DNA of 64,000 nt from an uncultured Clostridia bacterium (GCA_934792465.1 CAKVOK010000002.1:23109-87108); one strand, 5' to 3'. Positions 26,617 to 37,525 are shown, counted from the stretch's first letter. Numbers and translations are program-made. Notes: generated from the letters alone by a model not told the origin.

Positions 26617-29600
26617 ATGAAGAAAATATCAGCAATATTTTTGACAGTATGCATTTTGTGTACGAGCGTATACGCAGCGGAAAACGGCGGTACGGAACAG
26701 ATGTCGGCGGACGGAGGTTACAGTTACAATTTTGTTGACCCCGACTGGATGAGCGACGAGGATTTTTTCGGAGTATATGACAAGGAACAGGGGATTTTTA
26801 CAAATCCGGGCAAATTAAATTACGACGGATTTTCGGGACTTGCCGCTGTCAAAGAGCTTGTTGAAGCGGGAGATTACGAGGGTGCTAAGGAAGAATACAA
26901 GGCATATTACGTAAAAAAGAAAGAAAATCTTAATCTGTTTATAAATTCGACGTCCAAGACGGACGTCATAGTCAGCAGAATGTATGAAAACCAGGTGATG
27001 TACAATCCGCTCTCCGCAACGCTTGTCGATACGGTTAAATTCACAAATGCGGAAACAACAGCCTCAATGGACGTGACAAGCGATGTCAAAAGCATAATGG
27101 GAGCGAGCGACAAAAGGTCGATTTTTCAGCTGGTGGCATTGAAAAAAGACGGCAGCAGCGCAGAGATATATTCGAGAAGCGCAGCGGCGGGCAAACGCCC
27201 CGTAATTGAAGTTACGATAAACGGTATTTTGAACAGAATCGAACCGTACGGCGATACATATATCTGCGGCGGAGAAAACGAAAACATGAACTACGGCAAC
27301 GAAGAAATGCTGAGAGTGGAGGAAAGCGTAACATCAATTCAGCCGGAGGGCGCATGGGAAACCGGCATAAACGATGCCGGAAACGATATAAATACAAACG
27401 GCGTAACCGACAGATTCGACGATGCGGAAACGAAAAGAACATATTTGATGTTTGATTTCAGCTCGCTTAGTTCTGCGGATATAACAAGTGCAGTGCTGAA
27501 GCTGACGGGAAAGAACGCAGGCGGTACGGGCGAAATGGAAATTCTGTGTTTCAGAAATGCCGATACCGCAATTGAGGAAGATACCGTTACATGGTGCAAA
27601 AAAGGAAGCTTCGCAAATGAACATTATGTGTTCAATTCCTATGGATTCAAAGACCCTGACGGAATAGAAACCATATTTTATGCCAAGCCTTACGGAATGA
27701 TAAACAGATATTACGGCGATGTCGGACGTTTCGAAGGGTCGCAGCTGTCGCCTGTCAAGATGTTCAGCGAAACCGGCAACGAGTATTACGGATACGTTGC
27801 CTGCAAGATGTTCGGCGATTATGTTAAGATGAGGGGCGGAAAATACGATGACAGCTATACATCGCTCTGTGCGGCGTGCCGATTGCTGTATATGCCGAAT
27901 CTTATAATGAAGATAATAACAAGCAAGCATATGTCCGCAGAACTTTTCACGGCACTTATGAAAAATCTGTGGCTCAATGCGAACTATATGCAATATACTT
28001 TCAGACCCGGAACAAACTGGGGTTCGTTCCAGATGTCCGGACTCTTCACAACGGGTGCGTATTTCAACGAATTTTCGGATTATTATAACTGGGTTGAAAA
28101 GCCGGACAGTCCGAACGGAGATACGGAAGCGGTATCGCTGAAATATATTCAGAGTGCGGCATACAGAATGTATTTGCTGTCGCAGAATACGATAATAGAC
28201 GAGGATTACAGCTCTACGGAAAAATCCGTGGGATACTGCGCAACGAATATGAATATGTTTTTGAATCCGCTGACCGTTACGGATGTTACGGGGGTTACGT
28301 TCCCGTATAATGACGAAACGATGAAACGTGTCGTAGGCTGCCTTACATATTTCAGGGACTTGCTCGGGCCGGGAGGATATGACATTCAGTGGGGAAACTC
28401 CGGTTCGCATAACGTGAATATGAAATATGTAATAGATAATTTCCTGAAATATTATAATGTTCCGTCGCTGAAATGGTATACGACAAACGGCAAGGAGGGC
28501 ACGGCACCGGAATATACTTCGGTTTTGTATCCGGGTGCGAAAGTTGCGATAATGAAAAGCGGCTGGGACGACAATGCGGCATATCTTCATACGTCTTATG
28601 ATGTGGCAGGCGTTCATGCGCATGATGATGACTTGTCACCGATAATATTCGCAAAAGGAAAATATCTGCTTTCCGACCAAAGCTACAGCGGTTATGCGCT
28701 CGACGCTACGGCGCAGAACTGGCTCATAAGTGCGGAAGCGCATAACGTAATAAAAATAAACGAGAAATTTCCGAACAACACATCGGAGCTGAACGACTGG
28801 GTTACGAACGACGGGTTCGATTTGTTTGCGGCGACAAAAACGAATAATGAGGTCAGCTTCAAAAGAAATATCTTTTTTGTTCGTCCGAATTACTGGATTG
28901 TGACGGATTATCTCGTGCCGAACGATAAGGAAACGGAGAACACATACAGACAGATGTGGCATATGCCGCCGGACGCAAAGCTTGATATAATCGATGAAAC
29001 TTCAAATAAGGCGAAAAGCGCTTATGACTATGTGAATTTGAGTATAATTCCGGTAGGAGGAGATAAGCTCGAAGCGGATATACGAGAAGGCTATTACGGT
29101 ACGGGCAGTACGACGGATATGTCTATGGAAAACTACGTCAATTACATTAAAAATGAAAAAGGTACGGTTACGTACAATACCATACTCCGCCCGGAAATAC
29201 CGGATGAAAAGCTGAACGTAAATACAACGGAAATAGAAATGCCCGATGTAACGGAAAACGGAGCGTCCGCATTCAGCATGGATATAAGCTCAAACGGAAA
29301 AACGAGCGAGGCAACATATTATATTTTAAATGATGAATTGCAAAAGGGCAAGCGAGATGTCGGCAGCTATAATTTCGACGGAAAGGTTTTCTATGCCGAA
29401 AAATCAAGCGGCGGCGAATTTAAGAATATAAACCTTTATAAGGGTAAGGAGCTTAAAGAAAAAGGGAAAACCGTTATAAAGACGGGAGCACCCTCGGAGA
29501 TTAACGATTTGTCGGTAAGCTATGACGGCAGCGTAATGAATATAAGAAGCTCGGAATCGAAAGAAGATATAGGGCTTGATACGATAACGCTGCTTGCGGG

Positions 29601-30393
29601 GGATAAGACGGAAAAGGTGAAATTCAACGATGAGGAAATCAGCTTTTCCAGAACAAAAAATTACATATATTTCGGAGCAAAACCGATTGTTGACGATGAA
29701 GAATACACAAAACCGGATAATAACACCGGAGGCGGTTCGGGAAGCTCGCACGGCGGCAGCTCCGGCGGCAAGACCTCGTCTTCCGGTCCGACCGGCGGCA
29801 GCAGCGGCAGCAGCGGCACTGTAACGCCGATAAAACCGGCAATATCGGAAGCAATGAAAAAAGAGCTTGAAAATCATTGGGCGAAAGACGAAATTATACC
29901 GCTTATAAACAATAAAATCGTCGGCGGAGACGAAAACGGCAGGCTGAATCTTGACGATACGATAACAAGAGCGGAATTTACCGCAATGCTTGTGCGTGCG
30001 TTTAAGCTTGAGGGGCAAAGCGATAAGACGTATAAAGACGTCAGCGGCGGCGATTGGTTCGCACCGTATGTCGGAGCGGCTTCCGCAGAAAATATTATAA
30101 ACGGATATGACGACGGAACGTTCGGACCGGATAAACCCGTTACACGGGAAGAAATGGCGAAAATTACGGTGAGCATATTTAAGAAATATAAGGAAATTCC
30201 GGAAGCGGACACGCAGAAATATGCGGACGACGCCGATATTTCGGACTGGGCAAACAAGTATGTGTATGAAGCCTGCCGGGCGGAAATAATGAACGGCACG
30301 GAAAGCGGCAGCTTCAATCCGAAGAAAGAAGCACTGCGCTGTGAAGCCATGGCGACGGTTTCAAGACTTCTTAACAAGACAAAAGGAGAATAA
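26617..30393 (+). CDS. SLH-anchored polysaccharide lyase of the heparinase II/III-like superfamily. Its domains, in order: N-terminal beta domains (one DNRLRE-like), (alpha/alpha)-toroid region, Hepar_II_III beta-sandwich, Gly/Ser linker, three SLH repeats.
   Basis: It has a signal peptide (FLTVCILCTSVYA). The heparinase II/III signature is GVHAHDDDLSPIIFAKGKYLLSDQSYSGY (H-x-H-x-D-x-L-S), followed by FFVRPNYWIVTDYL...YRQMWHMP. The YLMFDFSSLSSADITSAVLKL segment resembles the DNRLRE/CBM-like pattern. The linker is GGGSGSSHGGSSGGKTSSSGPTGGSSGSSG. The C-terminal SLH repeats carry ITRAEFTAMLVRAF, INGYDDGTFGPDKPVTREEMAKI and MNGTESGSFNPKKEALRCEAMATVSRLL. I place the start at ATG 26617, after a GGAGGA RBS. 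Confidence 0.7.
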   Translation: MKKISAIFLTVCILCTSVYAAENGGTEQMSADGGYSYNFVDPDWMSDEDFFGVYDKEQGIFTNPGKLNYDGFSGLAAVKELVEAGDYEGAKEEYKAYYVKKKENLNLFINSTSKTDVIVSRMYENQVMYNPLSATLVDTVKFTNAETTASMDVTSDVKSIMGASDKRSIFQLVALKKDGSSAEIYSRSAAAGKRPVIEVTINGILNRIEPYGDTYICGGENENMNYGNEEMLRVEESVTSIQPEGAWETGINDAGNDINTNGVTDRFDDAETKRTYLMFDFSSLSSADITSAVLKLTGKNAGGTGEMEILCFRNADTAIEEDTVTWCKKGSFANEHYVFNSYGFKDPDGIETIFYAKPYGMINRYYGDVGRFEGSQLSPVKMFSETGNEYYGYVACKMFGDYVKMRGGKYDDSYTSLCAACRLLYMPNLIMKIITSKHMSAELFTALMKNLWLNANYMQYTFRPGTNWGSFQMSGLFTTGAYFNEFSDYYNWVEKPDSPNGDTEAVSLKYIQSAAYRMYLLSQNTIIDEDYSSTEKSVGYCATNMNMFLNPLTVTDVTGVTFPYNDETMKRVVGCLTYFRDLLGPGGYDIQWGNSGSHNVNMKYVIDNFLKYYNVPSLKWYTTNGKEGTAPEYTSVLYPGAKVAIMKSGWDDNAAYLHTSYDVAGVHAHDDDLSPIIFAKGKYLLSDQSYSGYALDATAQNWLISAEAHNVIKINEKFPNNTSELNDWVTNDGFDLFAATKTNNEVSFKRNIFFVRPNYWIVTDYLVPNDKETENTYRQMWHMPPDAKLDIIDETSNKAKSAYDYVNLSIIPVGGDKLEADIREGYYGTGSTTDMSMENYVNYIKNEKGTVTYNTILRPEIPDEKLNVNTTEIEMPDVTENGASAFSMDISSNGKTSEATYYILNDELQKGKRDVGSYNFDGKVFYAEKSSGGEFKNINLYKGKELKEKGKTVIKTGAPSEINDLSVSYDGSVMNIRSSESKEDIGLDTITLLAGDKTEKVKFNDEEISFSRTKNYIYFGAKPIVDDEEYTKPDNNTGGGSGSSHGGSSGGKTSSSGPTGGSSGSSGTVTPIKPAISEAMKKELENHWAKDEIIPLINNKIVGGDENGRLNLDDTITRAEFTAMLVRAFKLEGQSDKTYKDVSGGDWFAPYVGAASAENIINGYDDGTFGPDKPVTREEMAKITVSIFKKYKEIPEADTQKYADDADISDWANKYVYEACRAEIMNGTESGSFNPKKEALRCEAMATVSRLLNKTKGE

Positions 30394-30394
30394 A

Positions 30395-31321
30395 ATGGTA
30401 GACAGCACAATTAAAGATACCCATGGCTTTATATGGGAAATAAAACAAAACAAATTTTTGTATCTTATGCTATTGCCGGGAATATTGTTTTACATTATAT
30501 TTCATTATGTACCGATGTACGGCGCAATAATCGCATTCAAGGATTATTCGCCGATACTCGGAATAATGCACAGTGAATGGGTAGGTTTCAAGCATTTTGA
30601 AAGCTTTTTCAAGAGCGCATATTTTGTCAGGGTGCTGAAAAATACCCTTGGGCTGAGCATTTACGGACTTCTGGCAGGGTTTCCCGTGCCGATAATACTT
30701 GCGCTGCTGCTGAACGAGATAGGCTGTTCGTGGTTCAAAAAAACGGTGCAGACCGTAACGTATATACCGCATTTTATTTCGATTGTCGTATTTTCGGGTA
30801 TGATAGTCAATTTTACAATGCAAAACGGACTTATAAATGTGCTGCTTTCATATTTCGGATTTGAAAGAACAAATTTGCTCTTAAAACCCGAACTGTTCAA
30901 GTCGATATACGTATGGAGCGATATATGGCAGCAGGCAGGCTGGAACTCCATTATTTATATAGCGGCGCTCAGCTCCATAGACCAGGAGCTCTACGAAGCG
31001 GCGACGCTGGACGGCGCAAACAGATTTCAGCAGACGCTGCACGTTACGCTGCCGGGAATATCGTCCACGATAACGGTGCTTCTGATTTTGCAGATAGGCG
31101 GAATAATGAACATAGGCTTTGAAAAGGTTATCCTCCTTTATAATTCCATGAACATGGAAACTGCGGATATTATTTCGAGTTACGTTTACAGAAAAGGTAT
31201 TATAAACAACAATTTCAGCTTTTCCACCGCCATAGGACTTTTTAATTCGGCAGTGAATCTGATACTTCTGATAACCGCAAACTTCATAAGTAAACGGGTA
31301 AGCGAAAATTCGCTTTGGTAG
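30395..31321 (+). CDS. lplB: Carbohydrate ABC transporter permease, LplB/YtcP type (polysaccharide ABC transporter permease)
   Basis: The LplB-type N-terminal region is LYLMLLPGILFYIIFHYVPMYGAIIAFKDYSP. It has 6 TM helices and an EAATLDGA-type permease loop. ATG 30395 is preceded by an AAAGGAGA RBS. Confidence 0.8.
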   Translation: MVDSTIKDTHGFIWEIKQNKFLYLMLLPGILFYIIFHYVPMYGAIIAFKDYSPILGIMHSEWVGFKHFESFFKSAYFVRVLKNTLGLSIYGLLAGFPVPIILALLLNEIGCSWFKKTVQTVTYIPHFISIVVFSGMIVNFTMQNGLINVLLSYFGFERTNLLLKPELFKSIYVWSDIWQQAGWNSIIYIAALSSIDQELYEAATLDGANRFQQTLHVTLPGISSTITVLLILQIGGIMNIGFEKVILLYNSMNMETADIISSYVYRKGIINNNFSFSTAIGLFNSAVNLILLITANFISKRVSENSLW

Positions 31322-31341
31322 AAAGGAGTTTTATCATAATA

Positions 31342-32223
31342 ATGAGGAAATCAAAAGGGAAAATAATATTCGATATATTTAATTACGTATTGATGATAAT
31401 GCTTGTGATTATAACAATATATCCGTTTTTATACGTAATATTCGCATCGTTTTCAGACCCTGCGGAGCTTATCAAGCTAAACGGAATACTTCTGAGGCCG
31501 GCAGGATTCTCTCTCGAAGGGTATAAAGCCGTGATAAGCAACAAGGAAATATTCACGGGATATATGAACACGATATTTTACGTTGTTGTCGGAACGTCGT
31601 GCAGTGTGTTTTTTACGATACTTACCGCATATCCGCTGTCCAAAAAGAATTTGAAATACGGCAGATATGTTATGCTGATGATAATTTTTACGATGTTCTT
31701 TTCGGGCGGAATGATTCCGAGTTATCTGACGGTGAAAAACCTCGGATTGCTAAATACCCGAGGAGCAATCATTATTCCGGGACTTATTCTTACGTATAAT
31801 CTGATTATAATGAGAACATCGTTTTCGGCAATACCAAGTGCCGTTGAAGAATCGGCAAAGATAGACGGAGCAAATGATTTCACGATATTGTTTCGGATAG
31901 TAGTGCCACTTTCGTGGTCTGTAATAGCCGTTATGGTGCTTTACTACGGTGTTGGGCAGTGGAACGCATGGTTCAACGCAAGTATTTATCTGAAAGACAG
32001 AAAGCTGTTTCCGTTGCAGCTGTTTTTGAGAGAAATACTTATAAATTCGTCAACGGACAAAATGGTGCAGAGCGCAGGCAGCGGTTCGGGAGCGAAAGCG
32101 TCGCTTGAAGAGGTTTTGAAAAATGCGCTCGTGGTAGTATCCACAGTGCCGATAATGATAGTATATCCGTTTTTGCAGAAGCATTTTGTAAAGGGTGTTA
32201 TGATAGGAGCGGTAAAAGGATAA
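31342..32223 (+). CDS. lplC: Carbohydrate ABC transporter permease, LplC type
   Basis: The MalG-like permease has an ESAKIDGANDFTILFRIVVP (EAA loop) segment. It ends ...KGVMIGAVKG. I place the start at ATG 31342. Confidence 0.8.
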   Translation: MRKSKGKIIFDIFNYVLMIMLVIITIYPFLYVIFASFSDPAELIKLNGILLRPAGFSLEGYKAVISNKEIFTGYMNTIFYVVVGTSCSVFFTILTAYPLSKKNLKYGRYVMLMIIFTMFFSGGMIPSYLTVKNLGLLNTRGAIIIPGLILTYNLIIMRTSFSAIPSAVEESAKIDGANDFTILFRIVVPLSWSVIAVMVLYYGVGQWNAWFNASIYLKDRKLFPLQLFLREILINSSTDKMVQSAGSGSGAKASLEEVLKNALVVVSTVPIMIVYPFLQKHFVKGVMIGAVKG

Positions 32224-32251
32224 AAATATATTAAAAAAAGGAGAGGTTAAA

Positions 32252-33817
32252 ATGAAAAAAATTACGTTCATGCTTGCAATCTGCATGATTGCGTCAACAT
32301 TCGCCGGTTGCGGAAACAAAAAAGCGGAGGAAAAAGGAAAGGATAAACTTACATGGTGGACGACGAACTATGCCGTTAAGTATGTCGAAAATTACGGCAA
32401 TGTGGAGGCATACAAGAAGATACAGGAAAAAACAGGCATTGATATTGAGTTTGTCCATGCGAACGTAAATCAGATGAGCGAGCAGTTCAATATTATGGTT
32501 TCTTCCGGAGATATGGCGGATATTATAGATTATAACTATACATATTATCCCGGCGGAGTGGCAAAGGCAATCAAGGATAAGATTATCATAACCATAGACG
32601 ATTATGTAAAAGAGGGAAAGACGCCGAATTTGTCGAAAATATTTAAAGAAAATCCGGAGATTGAAAAGGGTTCGAGAAATTTCGACGGTACTTTGGCACT
32701 CTTTCCGTCGCTGAAACAGGATATATCCATCAATGCATATTTCGGACCTATGATAAGAGAAGATTGGCTGAAAAAACTCGGACTTGAAATACCGACAGGC
32801 ATAGAGGAATGGCACACGGTTCTTACGGCATTCAAAAACAACGACCCGAACGGAAACGGTGAGGCGGACGAAATACCTCTTGTTGCCGATAAAAATGCGC
32901 AGTTCAGCACGCTTGCCGCAGCATACGGAGTTACAAACAACTTCTGTCTGAAAAACGGCGAAAAAGTTGTATACGGTCCTATGGAACCGGAATTTAAAGA
33001 ATTTCTTGCGGAAATGAACAAATGGTATAACGAGGGACTCATAGATAAAGAATTTGCGGCGCTTACACAGGTAAATGTCGATTCAAGAATTACGTCCGAT
33101 GTCGGCGGCGCATTTGTCGGATATTCGGGAAGTCAGATGGGCAATTATATCGCAGCGAAGAAAGGCGAGGACGTGAATTTCAAGCTCAGTGCAGCGCCTT
33201 GGCCGTCCGCAAACGGTGGAAAAGGCTACAGCGGTCTTGACGAAATGGCACGCCTTGTAAGCAACGGACAGGGAGCAGGCATTTCGTCAACGAACAAAAA
33301 CGTTGAAAAAACAATAAAGCTGCTTGACTACTGCTACAGCGACGAAGCGACGGAGCTGCAAAACTGGGGTATCGAGGGAAAGACCTATACAAAAGAAAAC
33401 GGCAAGAACAAGTTTACGGACGATATAGTGAATAATCCGGACGGAAAAGACCCTATGGAAGCAATTTCAAAATATGCGCTTCCGATATACGGCAGCGGCG
33501 GCAAGATAATGGATTCGGCAGCGTATAATGCAATAGGCAGAGCGTATGACGAGCAGAAAGCCGCAGCCGATACCTGGAGCAAAGCAGACCTTTCGCTGCT
33601 TCTGCCGACGCTTGTGTTCACTATGGACGAAACGGAAGTAATAGCGGATGTAATGGGCGACATAACAAGCTATTACAATGAAATGCTCGTTAAGATAATC
33701 ACAGGCGTTGAACCCGTAAGTATGCATGATGAATTTGTTAAGAAAATCAAGGATATGAATATTGAAAAGGCTATAAAGGCATACAGAACGGCATACGACA
33801 GGTATAAGAAAAACTAA
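32252..33817 (+). CDS. lplA: Extracellular solute-binding lipoprotein of the LplA/YtcQ family (ABC sugar importer substrate-binding component)
   Basis: It has a lipobox (TFAGCGNK). Its ~520-aa size and sequence are typical of large family-1 SBPs paired with LplBC. Confidence 0.8.
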   Translation: MKKITFMLAICMIASTFAGCGNKKAEEKGKDKLTWWTTNYAVKYVENYGNVEAYKKIQEKTGIDIEFVHANVNQMSEQFNIMVSSGDMADIIDYNYTYYPGGVAKAIKDKIIITIDDYVKEGKTPNLSKIFKENPEIEKGSRNFDGTLALFPSLKQDISINAYFGPMIREDWLKKLGLEIPTGIEEWHTVLTAFKNNDPNGNGEADEIPLVADKNAQFSTLAAAYGVTNNFCLKNGEKVVYGPMEPEFKEFLAEMNKWYNEGLIDKEFAALTQVNVDSRITSDVGGAFVGYSGSQMGNYIAAKKGEDVNFKLSAAPWPSANGGKGYSGLDEMARLVSNGQGAGISSTNKNVEKTIKLLDYCYSDEATELQNWGIEGKTYTKENGKNKFTDDIVNNPDGKDPMEAISKYALPIYGSGGKIMDSAAYNAIGRAYDEQKAAADTWSKADLSLLLPTLVFTMDETEVIADVMGDITSYYNEMLVKIITGVEPVSMHDEFVKKIKDMNIEKAIKAYRTAYDRYKKN

Positions 33818-33829
33818 AACTTGGGACTT

Positions 33830-33912
33830 TACAAAAATGTGCAGACCGCAGGAAGTAAGACTTTGCCTTGCTTTTGCTCAGTTTGTCCATTCTGCACTAT
33901 TTTTCTAAAATC
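33830..33912. repeat. Inverted, internally deleted copy of the MITE-like repeat
   Basis: It is the reverse complement of TTAGAAAAATAGTGCAGAATGGACAAACTGAGCAAAAGCAAGGC ... TGCGGTCTGCACATTTTTGT and matches both ends of 15908-16176. Confidence 0.6.
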
Positions 33913-33933
33913 CCACCCACCAAAAAAATACAG

Positions 33934-33968
33934 AGTTGCAGCAAAATGAAAACCGTTTTGCTGCAACT
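33934..33968 (+). other. Perfect 13-bp stem hairpin AGTTGCAGCAAAA-TGAAAACCG-TTTTGCTGCAACT followed by TTTTATAAAAG (terminator-like, AAAATGAAA family)
   Basis: It is read directly. It lies between the solute-binding-protein gene and the GH88/105 gene. Confidence 0.5.
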
Positions 33969-33990
33969 TTTATAAAAGAAAGGTAAAATC

Positions 33991-35091
33991 ATGAATAATA
34001 TCAAAGATGCAATGGAATATTCAATCCGAAAAGTAAGTGAGGGTATCGAAACATTCGGGAATCTGTATCCGCAGTCGGCAAGTGTGAACAATGTATACGG
34101 AACTATGGAAAATATCGACTGGACAAACGGATTTTGGTGCGGAATGCTTTGGATGGCTTATAAATATACGAATGATGAAAAGTATAAAAAGGCGGCACTG
34201 GATCACGTGGCGGATTTTTATAACAGGATTGAAAATAAGATAAACACAGGCCACCATGACATGGGGTTTTTATATATGCCGTCATGCGTTGAAGCGTATA
34301 AGCTAACGGGCGATGAAACCGCAAAAAAGGCGGCACTCGCCGCTGCGGACAATATGTGCGGCAGATTTTGCGAAAAAGGCGGATTTATACAGGCGTGGGG
34401 CGAACTCGGTACGAAAGAGAATTACAGACTTATTATAGACTGTCTGTTAAATCTTCCGCTGCTGTTTTGGGCGGCGGAGGAAACAGGGGAAAAAGCTTAT
34501 AAAGAAATTGCCGAACGCCATCTGAATACTACGTTAAACGTGATTTTCAGAGATGATTATTCAACGTATCATACATATTATTTCGACCCCGAAACAGGCA
34601 AATCGCTGTACGGCGCAACGCATCAGGGATATTCGGACAGCTCGATATGGGCGAGAGGGCAGGCATGGGGAGTGTATGGACTTGCCCTTGCTTATAAATA
34701 TACGAAAAATCCGAAATTAATTGATATGTTCGTCAATGTTACGGAACTTTTTTTGTCGCATTTGCCGAGCGATAATATACCGGCATGGGACCTCATATTT
34801 ACGGATACGAAAACGCAGAAAGATACGTCCGCAGCAGCAATCGTAATATGCGGAATCCTTGAAATGAAAGGATTGTGCGAAATCCCCGAAAAGTTCGTTG
34901 AAAAAGCAGCGGAAATGCTTCGGGCGCTGTGCGAAACCTGCCTGACGGAGAATATTAAGGAATCAAACGGAATACTTATGCATGGCGTGTATTCGATGCC
35001 GCATAACGGCGGTGTGGACGAATGTACGATATGGGGAGATTATTACTTCATGGAAGCGCTTATGCGTATGCTTAATCCCGAACTGCTTTGA
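33991..35091 (+). CDS. Unsaturated glucuronyl / rhamnogalacturonyl hydrolase (GH88/GH105 family, (alpha/alpha)6 barrel)
   Basis: The family motifs are HHDMGFLYMPSCVEAY, RLIIDCLLNLPLLFWAA, WARGQAWGVYGLALAYKYT and a ~366-aa length. Confidence 0.8.
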   Translation: MNNIKDAMEYSIRKVSEGIETFGNLYPQSASVNNVYGTMENIDWTNGFWCGMLWMAYKYTNDEKYKKAALDHVADFYNRIENKINTGHHDMGFLYMPSCVEAYKLTGDETAKKAALAAADNMCGRFCEKGGFIQAWGELGTKENYRLIIDCLLNLPLLFWAAEETGEKAYKEIAERHLNTTLNVIFRDDYSTYHTYYFDPETGKSLYGATHQGYSDSSIWARGQAWGVYGLALAYKYTKNPKLIDMFVNVTELFLSHLPSDNIPAWDLIFTDTKTQKDTSAAAIVICGILEMKGLCEIPEKFVEKAAEMLRALCETCLTENIKESNGILMHGVYSMPHNGGVDECTIWGDYYFMEALMRMLNPELL

Positions 35092-35210
35092 TTGGAGAAA
35101 AGTTTGAATAAAATTGCCCATAGCACCGCTCACTGCAAAGCGGCACTCTGAATAATTTTCTTTCAAACTTGGTTTTGTGCCTTGAACCACGGAAAGGAAT
35201 GGTTATAAAT

Positions 35211-37463
35211 ATGGAAACTGTATTGAAATATAAAAATCCGTCGGAGGATTGGCTTGAGGGACTTCCGATAGGCAACGGCAGGCTTGCCGCAATGATTACG
35301 GGAGGTGAAAAGCATGACGATATTTGGCTTAATCATGAATGGCTGTGGAGAGGGAAAAACAGAAGCAGAGATAATATAAAATCTGCGGATATGCTGAAAG
35401 AGGTTCGGCGATTTCTCACAAACGGCGATTTTTACCGTGCGACCGCTCTTGCGAATGTGTGTTTCGGCGGCTTGGGCGGAATATCCGGTATGGAAAACAG
35501 CATAGATTCGTATCAGCCGGCAGGGAAACTGCGTTTTGATATGGAAAATCCGTGCGGATATATCGGACGGCGGCTTGATATAAAGCACGGTGTTGCGAGC
35601 GTTGAACGGGGAAATGTTACTTCTTATTTCATAGCACATCCGGGTATAAATATGATTGTCTGCCGTTGGGAGGGCGATATTTGCGGTACGCTGGAATATA
35701 CACGTACAGCCGATGAAAATGCGGAAGAAAAATGTGTTGCGTCGGGTAATGAAATTATTTATAAATGCAGGTTTAAAGACGGTATTTCGTTTCAATGCAA
35801 TATTAAGCTCGAAACGGACGGACAAGCAATGGCGGAAAGCGGCAAAATCACAGTGTGCGAGGCAAATTGGCTGACTGTGTTTATTAACATTGCAACAGAG
35901 GTAAAAGGGATTGACTGCGAGCTTGAAAAATATCCGACACCGTATAATATGACTTGGGAAGAAATAATACAGACGCATAAATCAAGGTTTGCGGAGGTCA
36001 TGGAACGGTTTTGTCTTGAACTCGATTTGCCCGAAAATGATTTGTATACCGATGAGCGTATCGAAAGGCTCAAAAAAGGCGAAAAGGACGATTTGTTACC
36101 GCTGCTGTATTTTAACTACGGCAGGTATCTTCTGGTTTCTTCGTCAATCTGCGGCGAGCTGCCGGCAAATTTGCAGGGAAAATGGAACGATAATATAAAT
36201 CCGCCGTGGGGCAGCGACTATCATTTGGATATTAATTTGCAGATGAATTATTGGGCGGCGGAAGCCGTTAATATGTCGGAATGTACCGAGGCGCTGTTCA
36301 AATATATCGAGAGAATGATTCCTCATGCGAGGAAAGCGGCGGCGGATTTGTACGGCTGCCGGGGCATATATCTGCCTTTGCGTGCGGACGCATGGGATAA
36401 ATCCACGCCGGAGTCATACGGCTGGGCGGCATGGATTGGTGCGGCGGCGTGGATTGCCCGGCATTTTTGGCAGCATTACATATATACGGGTGATATAATA
36501 TTTTTGAAAGAACGTGCATATCCTTTTTTCAGGGAAACAGCAAGATTTTATGAAGATTATCTCGTTGAGGACAAAGACGGCGTAATGCAGATTATGCCGA
36601 GTCAGTCACCGGAAAACAGGTTTGAGGGAACGGGAATGTTTCCCGTAAGCATAGGAATATCATCTGCTATGGACGTTCAGCTTGCATACGATTTGTTCGG
36701 ATATGCCGTAAAATCCGCCGAGATTTTGGAAACCGATAAGGAAGATGTTGAAGCATGGAGAAAAATGAGAGATAATCTGCCGAAGTTTGAGATAGGCAGT
36801 GACGGCAGGCTGCTCGAATGGGACAGGGAGTATGCGGAGGTTGAACCGGGGCATAGGCATTTGTCGCATTTGTACGGACTTTATCCCTCGGATTTGTTCA
36901 ATCCGTCGGAAAGACCGGTGCAGTATACTGCGGCGGAAAAGTCGCTGGAATATCGGCTTGCGCAGGGCGGCGCACATACCGGCTGGAGCCGTGCGTGGAC
37001 GGCATGCCTTTATGCACGGCTCGGAAAAGGCGAAAAGGTGTGGGAACATCTTAATGCGAGCATAAAGGAATTTGCAACGGTTACGCTGCTTGATTTGCAT
37101 CCGCCGAGAATTTTTCAGATAGACGGCAATCTCGGAGCGGCGGCAGCTGTGACGGAAGCGATTGTGCAGTATTTCGGCGGAACGCTGCATTTGCTGCGTG
37201 CGCTGCCGAAAGCGTGGGAAAGCGGAAGCGTAAGCGGAATGAAAATTCCCGGCGGTGCTGCATTGAATATGAAGTGGAAAGACGGCGTGCCGACAGAAAT
37301 TGAAATTGTCGGCACACGGCAAAGCATAAAAATTGCATTGCCGGCAGGTAATGCAGTGAAACATATTTATGATACGAAAAATATGCGCAGTGTTGAATTT
37401 GCATCCGAAAACGGAGAGATATGTTTTCAGATTAAAGGCGATAGTACAATTGTAATTGAATAA
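35211..37463 (+). CDS. Glycoside hydrolase family 95 (alpha-L-fucosidase-like)
   Basis: The N-terminus is W.EGLPIGNGRLAAMITGG...IWLNHEWLWRG. The central (alpha/alpha)6 motif is LQGKWNDNINPPWGSDYHLDINLQMNYWAAEAVNMSEC. Its ~750-aa length is typical of GH95. Confidence 0.8.
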   Translation: METVLKYKNPSEDWLEGLPIGNGRLAAMITGGEKHDDIWLNHEWLWRGKNRSRDNIKSADMLKEVRRFLTNGDFYRATALANVCFGGLGGISGMENSIDSYQPAGKLRFDMENPCGYIGRRLDIKHGVASVERGNVTSYFIAHPGINMIVCRWEGDICGTLEYTRTADENAEEKCVASGNEIIYKCRFKDGISFQCNIKLETDGQAMAESGKITVCEANWLTVFINIATEVKGIDCELEKYPTPYNMTWEEIIQTHKSRFAEVMERFCLELDLPENDLYTDERIERLKKGEKDDLLPLLYFNYGRYLLVSSSICGELPANLQGKWNDNINPPWGSDYHLDINLQMNYWAAEAVNMSECTEALFKYIERMIPHARKAAADLYGCRGIYLPLRADAWDKSTPESYGWAAWIGAAAWIARHFWQHYIYTGDIIFLKERAYPFFRETARFYEDYLVEDKDGVMQIMPSQSPENRFEGTGMFPVSIGISSAMDVQLAYDLFGYAVKSAEILETDKEDVEAWRKMRDNLPKFEIGSDGRLLEWDREYAEVEPGHRHLSHLYGLYPSDLFNPSERPVQYTAAEKSLEYRLAQGGAHTGWSRAWTACLYARLGKGEKVWEHLNASIKEFATVTLLDLHPPRIFQIDGNLGAAAAVTEAIVQYFGGTLHLLRALPKAWESGSVSGMKIPGGAALNMKWKDGVPTEIEIVGTRQSIKIALPAGNAVKHIYDTKNMRSVEFASENGEICFQIKGDSTIVIE

Positions 37464-37483
37464 TGGGCATTTTTACTCAGCCA

Positions 37484-37525
37484 CTCTGGGTTTTGGAAAA
37501 ATAGTGCGGAACGGGAAAAATGCGT
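37484..37525. repeat. Partial copy (5' end only) of the MITE-like repeat (CTCTGGGTTTTGGAAAAATAGTGCGGAACGGGAAAA)
   Basis: It resembles CCCTCTTTTGGGGCTTTAGAAAAATAGTGCAGAATGGACAAA of the 15908 copy. Confidence 0.4.

Noticed and set aside
27334-28623. 429-aa minus-strand ORF
   Set aside because: It lies antisense within the heparinase-like lyase gene, whose + strand translation carries strong family motifs. No RBS is present and the composition is atypical.
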